A DNA stretch of 64,000 nt from Pseudogymnoascus verrucosus (lineage: Eukaryota). Shown here in pieces: positions 11,995 through 23,924 of the stretch; positions within the stretch are counted from its first letter, which is position 1; every line of letters starts with the position of its first letter. The notes under the pieces are model-generated. The model did not search any database and had not been told where the DNA came from. It saw only the letters and a program-made list of their open reading frames with translations. Made by a program: the position numbers and the translations under genes. The stretch is from the NCBI GenBank assembly GCA_001662655.1, contig KV460208.1; one strand, 5' to 3'.

Positions 11995-12288
11995 GTTGAA
12001 CTGCCTTTCTGCCCATTCTTGTCTACCCTCGGTGTGCAAAAAGCTAGCCTTGCCTATATGGCTTTATGACAAGGCTGCGCATCTCAGCTGAAGCACCCAT
12101 GTAAATGAATACTAGGGAATATTTAGCTAGTGGTTACATGGGGTGAAACAAGGGATCGGCGAATCGCTGGCATCTCCTAACTTATAATAGATGCGTTTGC
12201 CCTGATAGCCTTGCCCAGATGTGTATTCTGTCTGTAGTGTTTTGATCTTCCCAAACGCCAGTAGTTCTAGACGCTGCGAGTCTTCAGA

Positions 12289-14320
12289 ATGGTCGATTGC
12301 TCATATCTTAGCGATGAAAACCGATTTCCTGACAGCTTCAGAAATTTAGATCCGAACCCTGACATTTCAGGGAATGGCGTGAGTTTGCGCGACCCCAAAG
12401 GGCGTCGGAGGTACAAGTCATGATTTTTTTTCTAATTGAATATAGGTTCTTATTGGGTTTATAGGCACAGCATACTTCTCATTTTTATTGCTTGTTGTGC
12501 AATATCTCATGGGCTCATCAGAAGATACCAAACTTGATGTGTCTGCAAACCCAGTTGACAAGAAACTCTTGTCGTTTATCTGGCGGTATCTTGGGAAGCC
12601 ATCAGATCGTTATAAAGAGCCCCTAAAAAACGTGAGTGCTGCCCTATGTCGCAAACTATGCATCGTATGGAAAAGAAACTAAATTTATCCTCCAAAAGGC
12701 TATCTTAGCAATGAGCGACACACAAATTGTTACTGGGCTGTCTATTCTTGCCAGTGGCTTCTCACAACTCAACAGCGGCCTTGGCATTTTTCACTGGAAT
12801 ATCGTTGCATACCTAGCGTGGTTCTCATCAGTGACGCACCTCTGCACACTGACATTCCTTCGGAGATACTTTCAGGCTAATCCTGGTATTCGGATGCTAC
12901 GAATGATTCTCATGCTTCTTCTAGCACTCACGTTAGCTATCGCTCTTCTTCCAACTGGCGGCGCATGTGGACCGAGTTACGAATATAACCGGGGGGTTTA
13001 TCCAGGAGCACCAGCAAAGTGTTGCTTTTTATTAATGGGTAGGCGTCACGGGTTTATTGCTGACGATGGTGCTTACATCGTCTCACTGATCATATCAGAG
13101 GTATTGCTTATTATTAGCTCGGCTGCTAGAGCAATAAAGCTCTTTCGGAGTAGGTCGGATTCTGCAAGGATCTGGTTAAGGCATAAACCAGCACAGCTGT
13201 GCAAACGATTTGTAAGGAAGCTAGAGGAGAAGCATAATAGGACCAGCCGAGGATTAACACGGCTCATTTACTATGCTGGTCACTGTACTGTCATTACGTT
13301 TATACTTCTCGCGAGAGCTATTTATGATTTGGCTAACTCGATTTTTTGGGAGGTTAGTTGATGTAATGCACATCCATCTATTTTATGAGTTAACAAGTGA
13401 ATAGATTTCTTGGTTGACATTCTCTTTAACATGGGGGACGGTACGGATATTAGGAAATAGGAGTTCCGACGCCCCAAGACATTATACGAATGAAGACAGC
13501 TCATGGGGGTTTGGTCAGTTTGTACCTACTCTACTATTACTCACCCCTCTAGTTAGCCTTATTGAAGGCGTCTTAGGTATGTCATATACATATTTATTAA
13601 GGGTCATTCGAAGACTAAGCATAGATAAAAGGTCCAAACAATCCTAAGACTTTCAATTGTGCATCAGTCAGTTCAATTTCCACCAGCGACATAACTACTG
13701 CCAGTACTGCGACAGTTTCCGAAATTGAGGCACCGGGGCCTATGGGAGCATTACCTACAGGCCAACCATCCTGCGGCAATTCAGACAGAACAGCCAATAT
13801 TGGGATGCCGCAAAGAAGAACTACAACTGGTCTCGTTGATATGGAGCACAGCCTAGGTATCAGTGCCGATGATATACAGGGATCAACTACAGGAAGTCAG
13901 TCACGCGTTGATCAAGAACACCCTACGCGGCCTACAACATCAGAATCACCTGCACATGCACAGCCTTCACTATGGCCCGCCGAGGTACTATATGAGCATG
14001 ATTTCTATACCGATGTATGGTATACTGATATAATTGTTTCCGTCCTTATTTTGGTCTACGCCTGTGGCGCCTTTACCATCTGTTTCACCTCAGGAGACTC
14101 TGGAATACTATACACACTAGATCTTATTGGGCCCAAGCACTGGATCGTATCTTTATGCATCTTTTGCTTATATCTCTTTCTATATGTCATAATTTGTATT
14201 TGCTCGAAGTTATATCCAGATGTAGTTTGTTTCCGGACTACTCATTCGCATTGTCGCAGGTTCGGTCTACTATCGCTTCTGGCCTTGTGTGTTTTCCTCT
14301 TTGTATATATATTTATATAA
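12289..14320 (+). CDS. Multi-pass membrane protein of unknown function (fungal family)
   Basis: Probable exons 12289-12378, 12446-12631, 12699-13352, 13405-13577 and about 13631-14320. Motifs PNPDISGNGVLIGF, SDTQIVTGLSIL, FHWNIVAYLAWFSSVTHL and WGFGQFVPTLLL. The last acceptor is ambiguous. Confidence 0.7.
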
Positions 14321-14834
14321 AATAACTACACTTTAATTTGACCTAATTATTTTAATATTAGCTTGTCGTTATAGATAGTGCAAGTATTAGACGAGGAATT
14401 TGACAATTACAAAGCTTATGCAAGGAACTTAATGGTATATATCTCATAGGGCAGAGTAGTAATATAGTGCTATATCTAGGGCATACAAGCTGCAAGTACG
14501 AAACATATATGAGCCGCGGCGTAGGTCACCTATTAGGCTTGATGGCACCAATTTTAGCTATTACCTAGGTGCTTGCTTAAGACCACCGGATTAGTAGTTG
14601 GGCAGATGACCACCAGCGAATACCCATACATATCACAGTACACTTCACATCATCTACCCCAAATCATAGCAAATCATATGTATATAGTCTCAACTACCTG
14701 CAAGAGCTACAACAGTACACGTCACGCTTTCCATTCCCCCCACGCTTTTCTTTTCTTTTCTTCTCTTTACCTCCTCGCACCTTCTCTACCCCCCACTCGA
14801 CCCCCACAAACCTCGTAACCTCCCATCACTTAAC

Positions 14835-17450
14835 TTAGATAAGCTGCTGGAAAGCGCGGTTAATAGGCGAGCGGATGTTTGGAACGTCCTTCCAGAAGTC
14901 CACGGTGGCGACAGCGCGCTTGGCGATGCCCTCTGGGGTGAACTCGAACTTCTGTATGGGGTGTCAGTGATCTATTCTATTTTATAACAGCTACTTGGGG
15001 GTAGTGAGCACATACCTTGTAAACATCCTTGTAAGCACCCGAAGCACCGAAGCGGTTAAGACCGAACTGCTCGTGGGTATACCTCTCCCAGCCCATGGTG
15101 GACATGACCTCGACCGACAGGGATGGGATACCGTCTGGCAGAACGCTGAGTCTGTACTCCTTGGACTGCGTATCGAAGACCTCGAAGCAGGGGATGGAGA
15201 CGACACGAGCGGTGAGGTTGTGCTGCTCCTTGAGGGTCTTGATAGCGTCGACACAGATGCCGACTTCCGAACCGGTGGACACAATGGTGATGTCCGCCTT
15301 CTCGGCCTCGTGCACGACGTAACCACCCTTGATCGCGGACGCAATGGTGGAGTTCTCGAGTTGAGGGAGGTCCTGGCGGGAGAGGGCCAGGATGGTGGGG
15401 GTGTGCAGGGAGGTGAGGGCGACGTAGTAGGCGGCGCTGGTCTCGTTTCCGTCAGCTGGGCGCCAGACCATGCAGTTGGGCAGGGCGCGGAAGTGGGCGA
15501 GGGTCTCGATAGGCTGGTGAGTTGGTCCATCCTCTCCGAGTCCGATGGAGTCGTGGGTGGCGACCCAGATGACGCGCTCGCGGGAGAGAGCGGACAGGCG
15601 GACGGCGCCGGCGGCATAGGAGACGAAGTTGAGGAAGGTTCCTCCGTATGGGAGGATGGTTCCGTAGGCGGCGAGTCCGTTCATGACGGCTCCCATGGCG
15701 TGCTCGCGGACACCGTATCTGATGTAGCGACCGCTCCAGTCACCGAGTCCAGTAGATGGGGGCTGGAAGTCAACGGCATCCTTCCACCTTGTGAGGTTGG
15801 AGCCGGTCAAATCTGCGGATCCTCCGACCAACTCTGGGATAGCATCGTGGATCTTGCCGAGCACGATCTCGGAGAGCTTTCTCGACGCAACAGCCTTGTC
15901 AGCTGGTGTGTAGACGGGCAGGTTCTTCTCCCATCCCTCGGGGAGGGCACCGGTCTGGCGACGCTTGAGGTCAGCGGCCTCAGCGCTGTGCTCCTTGGAG
16001 TACTTCTCCAAGAGCTGGTTCCACTCCTGCTCAAGAGCGGCACCCTCAGCGCTCTTCTTGGAGTATTGCTCGTGGACACCCTGAGGGACAACGAAGGTCT
16101 CCTCTGGGTTGAAGCCGAACTTCTCCTTAACCTGGATGATATCATCCTTCTTCAGCGGGGCGCCGTGGACACCACCGGTTCCCTCGAGCTTCGAGCCGAA
16201 GCCGATGGTTGTGCGGAGCTTGATCATGGATGGCTTGTCCTTGACAGCCTGGCAAGCCTTGATGGCCGCCTCTATCGAGTCCAGGTCGTGGTCTCCGTCA
16301 CCGACGGTCACGCAGTGCCATCCGTATGCCTCCATACGCTTGTTAACATCCTCGGTGAAGGCACAGTTGGTGTTTCCATCAATAGAGATGTTGTTGTCAT
16401 CGTAGATGGCGATCAGGTTGCCCAATTGCAAGTGACCGGCCATGGAGGCAGCCTCGCTGGCAACACCCTCCATGTGGCATCCATCGCCCATGAAGACATA
16501 TGTGTGGTTGTTAATAAGCTCGAATCCGGGCTTGTTGAACTGGGCAGCAGTGTGCTCTTGGGCAATGGCAAGACCAACAGCGTTAGCAAAACCTTGGCCG
16601 AGAGGGCCAGTGGTGACCTCAATGCCGGGGGTATCGTGGGATTCCGGGTGACCGGGGGTGATGCTGTCGACGTGCTAAAGTTTTGTTAATGGAGGCTCCG
16701 GGGAATCTGGGGAACTTGTATCACGTACTCTGAAGTTCTTCAGGTCATCGATTGTGAGGCCGAAACCGGCAAGGTGGAGGAGAGCATATTGGAGCATGCA
16801 TCCGTGGCCGTTACTATGAGGCTGGTTAGCTACGGGACTTCACCGCTGATTTCTCGACACATTCCCGCCCTCAGAATTAGGTAGACACATCTACACCAAA
16901 AAACTGAAGACTACCAATGTGATCAACATTGCATTGGAGCCAATGCTGTGAGCTTGCAATTCCCTTCCTGTATGGTTGGGAACTGCGGGCGCCCGACAGA
17001 TGCGCGCTCCGATAACCGCAATGGCATCCCAGCATTGGCAGATACATGTCAAATGAGGAGTACAGGAAGCATGGAATACTCACGAAAGCACGAATCTATC
17101 GCGGTTGAGCCACTTTGGGTTCTTTGGGTTGTAGTTCATGATCCTGTTCCAGAGGACGTGGGCCACTGGGGCCATGCCCATTGGGGCGCCGGGGTGACCG
17201 GAGTTGGCCGCGAAGGTCGCATCGATCTGAACACGAAAAAGTAATTAGCTGGCTGTCATCGACATAATTATCCGGATCCTCGCCGTCGTAAGATTGGCGC
17301 CGTCGATGGCGGACGCGGTGTTGGTGGGCGCGGGGGCATTCCTATGACGCTGCTTCTCATGACGAGGGCGGGGTTATTTCTGGTGGATGAACTTACGGCC
17401 AAGGTACGGATGGTGTTGATGGACTGCCAGTCCTGATCGGTGTAACCCAT
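14835..17450 (-). CDS. TKL1: Transketolase
   Basis: Exons 17450-17397, 17226-17084, 16813-16729, 16674-15016, 14951-14835. Motifs [32 protein letters not shown] (TPP binding), YGVREHAM and [16 protein letters not shown]. Confidence 0.98.
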
Positions 17451-18332
17451 GATTGCAGTTCTGGATGATGATATGACTTCTTTGTGATAGGGAGATTGAT
17501 TTAATGAAGAAGAAATTGGGAAAGAGAGATGAGGGGGAGAAAGAAGAGTAGAGACACCAGAAGTTTCACTGGCAAGCTTGAAATGTTGGGTGGGGTGGTC
17601 TGCCTTTGGGTGAGGGGTGGTGGGGGTGAGAGGCGAGAGTGTGTGTGTGTGGTCTCTTATTCAGCAGAACACATAACTTACTTAACATTAGAGTCTTGAC
17701 CACTAAAATTACAAGGCAGGTACTTGTTCATACTAACAAATTGCGTGCATCGTGCTTACATTTATCTACATTTCGTAGGTACCCTCTAAGTATTTTTAGA
17801 GGATATCCCACTATCTGCCGCCCGTATCTACCACCACCACCACTACTACGACTATCCGTTACTGTACCTCTGCACAACACACACCTTTGCGATTACCGGA
17901 CCCTTACATTTCATTTCGTTGAATGCATCCATCCAATACCCATGGTATCTGGCCGCACGCGTGCAAACAAGTGATGAGATGAGTATTACCATTACCATAG
18001 TAAACCATAGTAAACCTAGAGCGAGGGCTTTTTTCAATACCAAGGCTTACAAAGGATAATAGTAGGCATCTCATCTCATCAACCTGCCTTCAGGCACTAC
18101 CTCTACATAGCAATTCTCGGTGGAAAGCATAGCGGGATGCGCTTGCGCTACTGGAGGGGTAGCTGGTTGACATTCACCTGGCTGACATTCAGCCTGATTG
18201 AAAAAAAAGCCCGCCGACCAACGGAACCCCATACGTAGGATTATGGATTATGGAGTCAGCCCCAACGACGCCGCCGCACAGGTCGCTGGTTGCCTCAAAA
18301 CCGAGGATTTTGAGAGGGGTTGCTCTACTGAG

Positions 18333-18525
18333 AGATTTCGAGAGAGCCAAGGTTTCTGATGAGGCCAAGGATTTTAGAGAGACTAAGGGTTTTGATGAGA
18401 CTCAAGGCTTTAATGCTATCGGTTCTGAGGAGTCTCGCGTTTCTGGCAAGACTCAGACTTCTGAGAAGGCTCGGTTTCTGAGGATATTCATGTTTCTGGA
18501 GGGATTCAGATTCCGCGGAGGTCAG
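18333..18525. repeat. Degenerate ~18-bp minisatellite
   Basis: Units such as ggtttctgatgaggccaa / ggattttagagagactaa / gggttttgatgagactca / cgtttctggcaagactca / gacttctgagaaggctcg. Confidence 0.7.
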
Positions 18526-19473
18526 AGAGTTGCGTATGAACCTCAAAGACTGCGGTCTGAAACTGAATCCACCCCACCGGACCAAGGGCAACAGCACAGA
18601 GGCGGGATGAGCGACTTCGTGGCGCAACAAAAAGAAAGACGAGAGGCGATTAAAACAACTCACTATCCCTCTCCCATCTAAAATGAAGAAATAAGCAACT
18701 TTGCAGAGACCATCATCTCCCCAGCCACAGGTTCTGGTTGCGCCTCACGGAGAAATGGGCATTTGCGTTCCGCGCCGGACAACAGTGAGCCGGGAGCGGA
18801 TCTGCAGCCCTCAGAGGGGGGTTTGGCCTTTTTATTCGGGTCCTGAGAGGGATCCCCAAAACTAATCAGCGTCTATTTAGTCAGCCTTACTTCCCTCCAT
18901 GAGTTCCTGTTCCCAAAGGCGCGGAGTAGTGGAAGAGAAGGAATACACTCCCAAAATCGTCGAAGTGAGGGGTCGCTGTGATGACGTCACAGCCGCGACG
19001 ATACTGATTTTATACTCCGTTGAAAATATGAATATGAACCGCCATTTGCAACAGATATATGGGATATGGGGAAGATGTGACTATTATTAACGAATATAGG
19101 CGTCTGGTAGGCTTTATATAGCTTTATGTGCTGCTTCGCGGTGCTTCTCAACCCATTACCAAGAGATCTGCTCTACCAACCAACGGAACGAACTAGCTGT
19201 CTCCATAGAACAGCGGCCGGCGGAGATATCTGTCCGCAGTCCCGGTAGACGCTCCCCTAACAACCAGCGGTCGTAAGCCGTAAAGGGCGACGATGTTCTG
19301 GTCCCCGCATTACCAAAGTCCAAGATCCGAATAGCACCTGCGGCTAGTATGATTATTTCGGTGGGTTCTCTACTTTTGTATGGCAAAAATTGAATTTTCC
19401 GGGGCATGGTGACGTCTGGTCGAAGCCACTGGCTTGACCGCAATGCTGTGATTCCTCTCGGCGCGGGTATATG

Positions 19474-19486
19474 TCGGGCGCCGAAG
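19474..19486. promoter_or_regulatory. TCGGGCGCCGAAG palindrome upstream of GH3 gene
   Basis: Same TCGGnnnCCGAAG pattern as the cluster sites, about 270 bp before the GH3 ATG. Confidence 0.35.
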
Positions 19487-19744
19487 TTCTCCCGCCATCG
19501 AGGGGATGGTGGTGGGGGCGGCCATCATCTCATCTTGACCACTTAGCCTGTAACTTTATATTCTGATGCTGCAGCGTAACTCCGCTATTCGTTGTGTTAC
19601 GATGGAAGGGCGGACCGAAGCCTTCCATTGCTCTCACACAGCGCATACATAAGGTCCAAGTGCTTCTCTCCATTGTCTTTTCTTAATTCCTTACTTCCAT
19701 TCTTCCCGGTGCAACTGCTCATCCAGTCCACCAATTCACTCACA

Positions 19745-22453
19745 ATGGCCGCCATAGACGTAGAAGACGTGCTCTCGAAGCTCACAAACCCCCAGAAGAT
19801 CTCTCTTCTGTCCGGTAAGCCACCCCGCACTGAAACAACAACTCAATCTCACCATCCCCAGGTATCGACTTTTGGCACACCCAGGCAATCCCCGAGCACG
19901 GCATCCCCTCCATCCGCGTCACCGACGGCCCCAACGGCGTCCGCGGCACCCGATTCTTCAATGGCATCCCTGCCGCCTGCTTCCCGTGCGGCACCGCCCT
20001 GGGCGCAACATGGGACCCTGCACTCCTCCGCGAAGCGGGTGCAGTGATGGGAGAGGAGTCAAAAGCCAAAGGCGCCCACGTGATTCTGGGCCCGACTATC
20101 AACATCCAACGTTCACCTCTTGGTGGTCGCGGGTTCGAGAGTTTGTCTGAGGATCCGGTGTTGGCTGGTGTGGGGGCTGCGGGCTTGGTCAATGGAATAC
20201 AGGATACGGGTATTGTGGCGTGTATCAAGCACTTCGTGTGCAACGACCAAGAGCACGAGAGGAATGCTGTGGATGTGATTATCACGAACAGGGCGATGAG
20301 GGAGATCTACCTGCTTGCGTTCCAGATTGCGGTTAGGGACAGCAAGCCTGGTTCGTTCATGACGGCCTATAACAAGGTTAATGGGACACACGTCAGCGAG
20401 AACCCGAAGATACTGAAGGATATCTTGAGGGGAGAGTGGGCTTGGGAAGGCATGACAATGAGCGATTGGTAAGTTTTTCATGCGTGGCTGTCGGATCTTA
20501 CTGACAATCGTTAGGTATGGAACATATTCCACCTCCGAGGCGATCAACGCCGGCTTGGATCTCGAGATGCCGGGACCCAGCAGGTTAAGAGGTGGGCTTC
20601 TCCAGGGAGCTCTTGCATCGAACAAAGTCACAGAGCATGCTATCACCCAGCGCGCCCGTGAGGTTCTCAACCTTGTCAACCGATGTGCTGCTTCTGGGAT
20701 CCCCGAAAATGCAGAGGAGGGAACCCGCGATACGCCCGAGACGGCAGCTCTGTTGAAGAAGATTTCCGCAAACTCCATTGTCCTGTTGAAGAACGAAGGG
20801 AACGTCTTGCCATTGAAGAAGAACAAATCGGTAAGTCTGATATCTAAGGCCTGCACTTGACAGTAGCTGACAGCTGGCTTAGACTCTCATCGTCGGCCCC
20901 AACGCTAAAATCGCAACCTACTGCGGTGGCGGTTCCGCCTCCCTCCTTCCATACTACGCCGTCACCCCCTACGACGGCATCACCGCCCTCCTCGAGGAAG
21001 GCACCGAGGTCAAATACACCGTCGGTTGCTACTCCCACCGCGAGCTCCCCCTCCTCGGCGCCCAACTCACCTCGGAAGAAGGAAAGCCAGGCATGACCTT
21101 CCGCGCCTACAACGAGCCTTCCTCCGTCACGGACCGCCAGCCAATCGACGAGCTGACCATCTTGCGCACCAGCGAGTTCTTCATCGATTACTACAAGCCC
21201 GCGCAGGCGCTTTGGTACGGTACCTTTTCCGGTACCTACGAAGCCGAGAAGGACGGCGACTACGAGTTCGGTCTCGCCGTGTATGGAGCTGGAAAATTGT
21301 ACGTCAACGACGAGCTTGTTGTTGATAACGAGACCACGCAGACGCAGGGTCAGGCCTTCTTCGGCAGCGGCACCGTAGAGGAGAAGGGAACTGTCAAGCT
21401 TGTGAAGGGGGAGAAGTATAACGTGCGCGTCGAGTTTGCCAGCGCGCCGGCTTGCAAGCTGGTCTCGGACGCCGTGGTGGTTGCGGCTGGTGGTGGTATC
21501 AGAATTGGAGGCGCCTGGGTTATTGATGCGGAGGAGGAGATCAAGAATGCCACTGCCCTAGCCAAGGAGGTGGACCAGGTGATCATCTGCGCCGGCCTTA
21601 ACGTATGTCCCCCTTACCCCCCATCGCACACCCGCACATATTTACTAACACCCCTCAGCTCGACTGGGAAAGCGAAGGCTACGACCGTGCCGACATGGAC
21701 CTCCCCGGCCACATGCCCGCCCTCATCACCGCCCTCAGCGCCGCAAACCCCAACACAGTAGTCGTCATGCAATCCGGCACCCCCGTCACCCTCTCCCCCT
21801 TCCTCTCCAACCTCCCCGCCCTCCTGCACGCCTGGTACGGCGGCAACGAGACCGGAAACGCCATCGCCTCCGTCGTCTTCGGCGAGACGAACCCCTCTGC
21901 CAAGCTTCCCCTCTCCTGGCCAGTCCGCCTGGAGGATAACCCCGCGTACCTCAACTACCGCTCTGAGCGCGGCCGCACCTTGTACGGCGAGGACGTGTAT
22001 GTCGGGTACCGCTACTACGAGGCCGCGAAGCGGGATGTGGCCTTTGCGTTCGGACATGGTCTGTCGTACACTACCTTCAAGTTTGGCGAGATCAAGGTTG
22101 AGCTCGTGGATGAGGAATTGGTGGTTAGTCTCGATGTTACGAATGCAGGCGAGGTGGACGGCGCAGAGGTGGTACAGGTCTACGTGGCGCAGGACTCGCC
22201 GTCGATTCGCCGACCTGTGAAGGAGCTTAAGGGCTTCGAGAAGGTTTTCCTCGCGGCTGGGGAGACGAAGAGGGTTGAGGTTAAGGTGCAGGTTAAGTAT
22301 GCGACGAGCTTCTGGGATGAGGCGAGGGAGGCGTGGATTAGTGAGAAGGGGGCGTATAAGGTGTTTGCTAGTGATAGCAGTCAGTTGGTTGAGGGGAGGT
22401 ATTTGGAGGGCGGCTTTGAGGTCGCGAAGACGAGCTGGTGGAATGGGATCTAA
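19745..22453 (+). CDS. GH3 beta-glucosidase with PA14 and Fn3-like domains, no signal peptide (intracellular type)
   Basis: ATG 19745 ([14 protein letters not shown]). Four introns near 19815, 20469, 20831 and 21604. Motifs [48 protein letters not shown] (nucleophile), [29 protein letters not shown] and [10 protein letters not shown]. Confidence 0.96.
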
Positions 22454-23033
22454 GTGTGGGGATGTATGCGTTTATGACAGTTTTATGATGGATGAGGTGG
22501 CTAGGATGGCAGACCTCAGTAGCTAGCGACAATAGCAATGACAATGATAGAAAGCACAGATTATGATGATATATATATTTGCGCCAGTGACCTTCCTTCC
22601 TACCCCCATCGCCCTGGAGCAGGAGAAATCTAACCTAGCCCATCAGCCATGTCCATTTTCCGTCGTCTCATCTCGTCTCATCATCTCATCTACTATATCC
22701 CATCTCTTAGTTTGCACTGCCCCCCGCCATCTATGACGCCCCCATTTCCCTCCCTATATTCGGCCGTAATAAAAGTTGTCGTTAAAAATATGTTTGATGT
22801 CGCCAAAAATGAAGCCACAACGCAAATGCGCGCGCACGGCCAGAAGTCGTGATGAAGAAAGATGAAAAAATAAAGAAGAAAGAATCCAAGAAGCAATAAA
22901 GTGCCAGGATGCAAGAGCAACCTCCACACGAAACAACCAACTCGCTACAACGCGACACGCCCGCATACGCTCGTCTTCACTGTTCACCAGCAAAACACCA
23001 AACACCCCTGTCCGCACAAAATGCAGCTCAACT

Positions 23034-23924
23034 TCATGCAGTTCCCTCTCCCTCTACCACTGCCACATCCGCAGGTAGACCACCAGGAGGAGCATCCATC
23101 CCCATTGCAGCCCTCATCCTCTCACTCTCCAGGCACGCCAGGCATACCCCACCCCCATATACCCTCGTATGCCTCCGCCATCCCTCCCCGGTCACGACTT
23201 CACCTACGACCTCGACCCCAGCGGCAGTTATGCTGTAGGAACGCCTCTTGGTCTCCGTTGCTGGTGTGGCGGGAGCTCCGGCGACAGAGGTAGTGGGAGG
23301 GGTGGTGGGCTTCGAAGTAACCGGGGGGTAGATGCCGGCAGCGGCAGCGTTGGCAGCCATATCGGCAAAAGAGAACTCGGAGATGGAGGACTGGTCTTCT
23401 TGCCATGTGTATGCAGGTCCATCGATGATTGCAGGGCCAGAGGTAGGTGGTGGAGGCGGAGGGGGTGTAACATGACGTTTCCCCATGGAGAGGTCCTGGC
23501 TCTTAGGTTGCCAGTCCGGCGGGGGTGTGCTGTTATCGAGGAGGGAAGAGTTCGGCATTTCGGTGTTGTGAAACGGGGGGTTCATATCTCGATCCAGGTA
23601 TGCTTCTTTCGCCAGCTGTTCTGCTCTTAATCGGTGCGCCTCAGCCTCGACGGGGTCGTCTCGATATCCCTCCTCCCTCGAGCCAATCCAGCCAGCCTTG
23701 TCGTCCTCGCAATCGCACTCGTCGTCGTTGCAGGCTCGTCGGTCATCTGCTTGCGCCCTCCTTCTCATCCTGATCCTCGCCGCGCGGTATAGCAGATAAC
23801 AGCCTCCAAGCAAGATCCACGTCGGGGGCGCGGCACTGATGTACGCCGCAAGGCCAGCGGGCGCGTCGTCCTCGGAGGAGGCTGGGGCGCGGGGGCCACG
23901 CTGGGAGGGGGGGAGGGCGGGCAT
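23034..23924 (-). CDS. Hypothetical protein with one N-proximal TM segment and C-terminal WRRHTRVYGGGVCLAC motif
   Basis: 296-aa ORF with coding-like composition. Hydrophobic segment WILLGGCYLLY followed by basic residues; Pro-rich middle; C-terminal CxxC. Confidence 0.7.
   Translation of the reverse strand: MPALPPSQRGPRAPASSEDDAPAGLAAYISAAPPTWILLGGCYLLYRAARIRMRRRAQADDRRACNDDECDCEDDKAGWIGSREEGYRDDPVEAEAHRLRAEQLAKEAYLDRDMNPPFHNTEMPNSSLLDNSTPPPDWQPKSQDLSMGKRHVTPPPPPPPTSGPAIIDGPAYTWQEDQSSISEFSFADMAANAAAAGIYPPVTSKPTTPPTTSVAGAPATPATETKRRSYSITAAGVEVVGEVVTGEGWRRHTRVYGGGVCLACLESERMRAAMGMDAPPGGLPADVAVVEGEGTA

Noticed and set aside
14995..16689. 564-aa ORF antisense to transketolase
   Set aside because: Shadow frame caused by strong codon bias of a highly expressed gene; no recognisable motifs and it mirrors the exon.
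16814..17083. Canonical TPP riboswitch in the transketolase intron
   Set aside because: The conserved aptamer elements (CUGAGA followed by the GAUnnnGnUAAU...AGCG segment) are not present in the expected arrangement.
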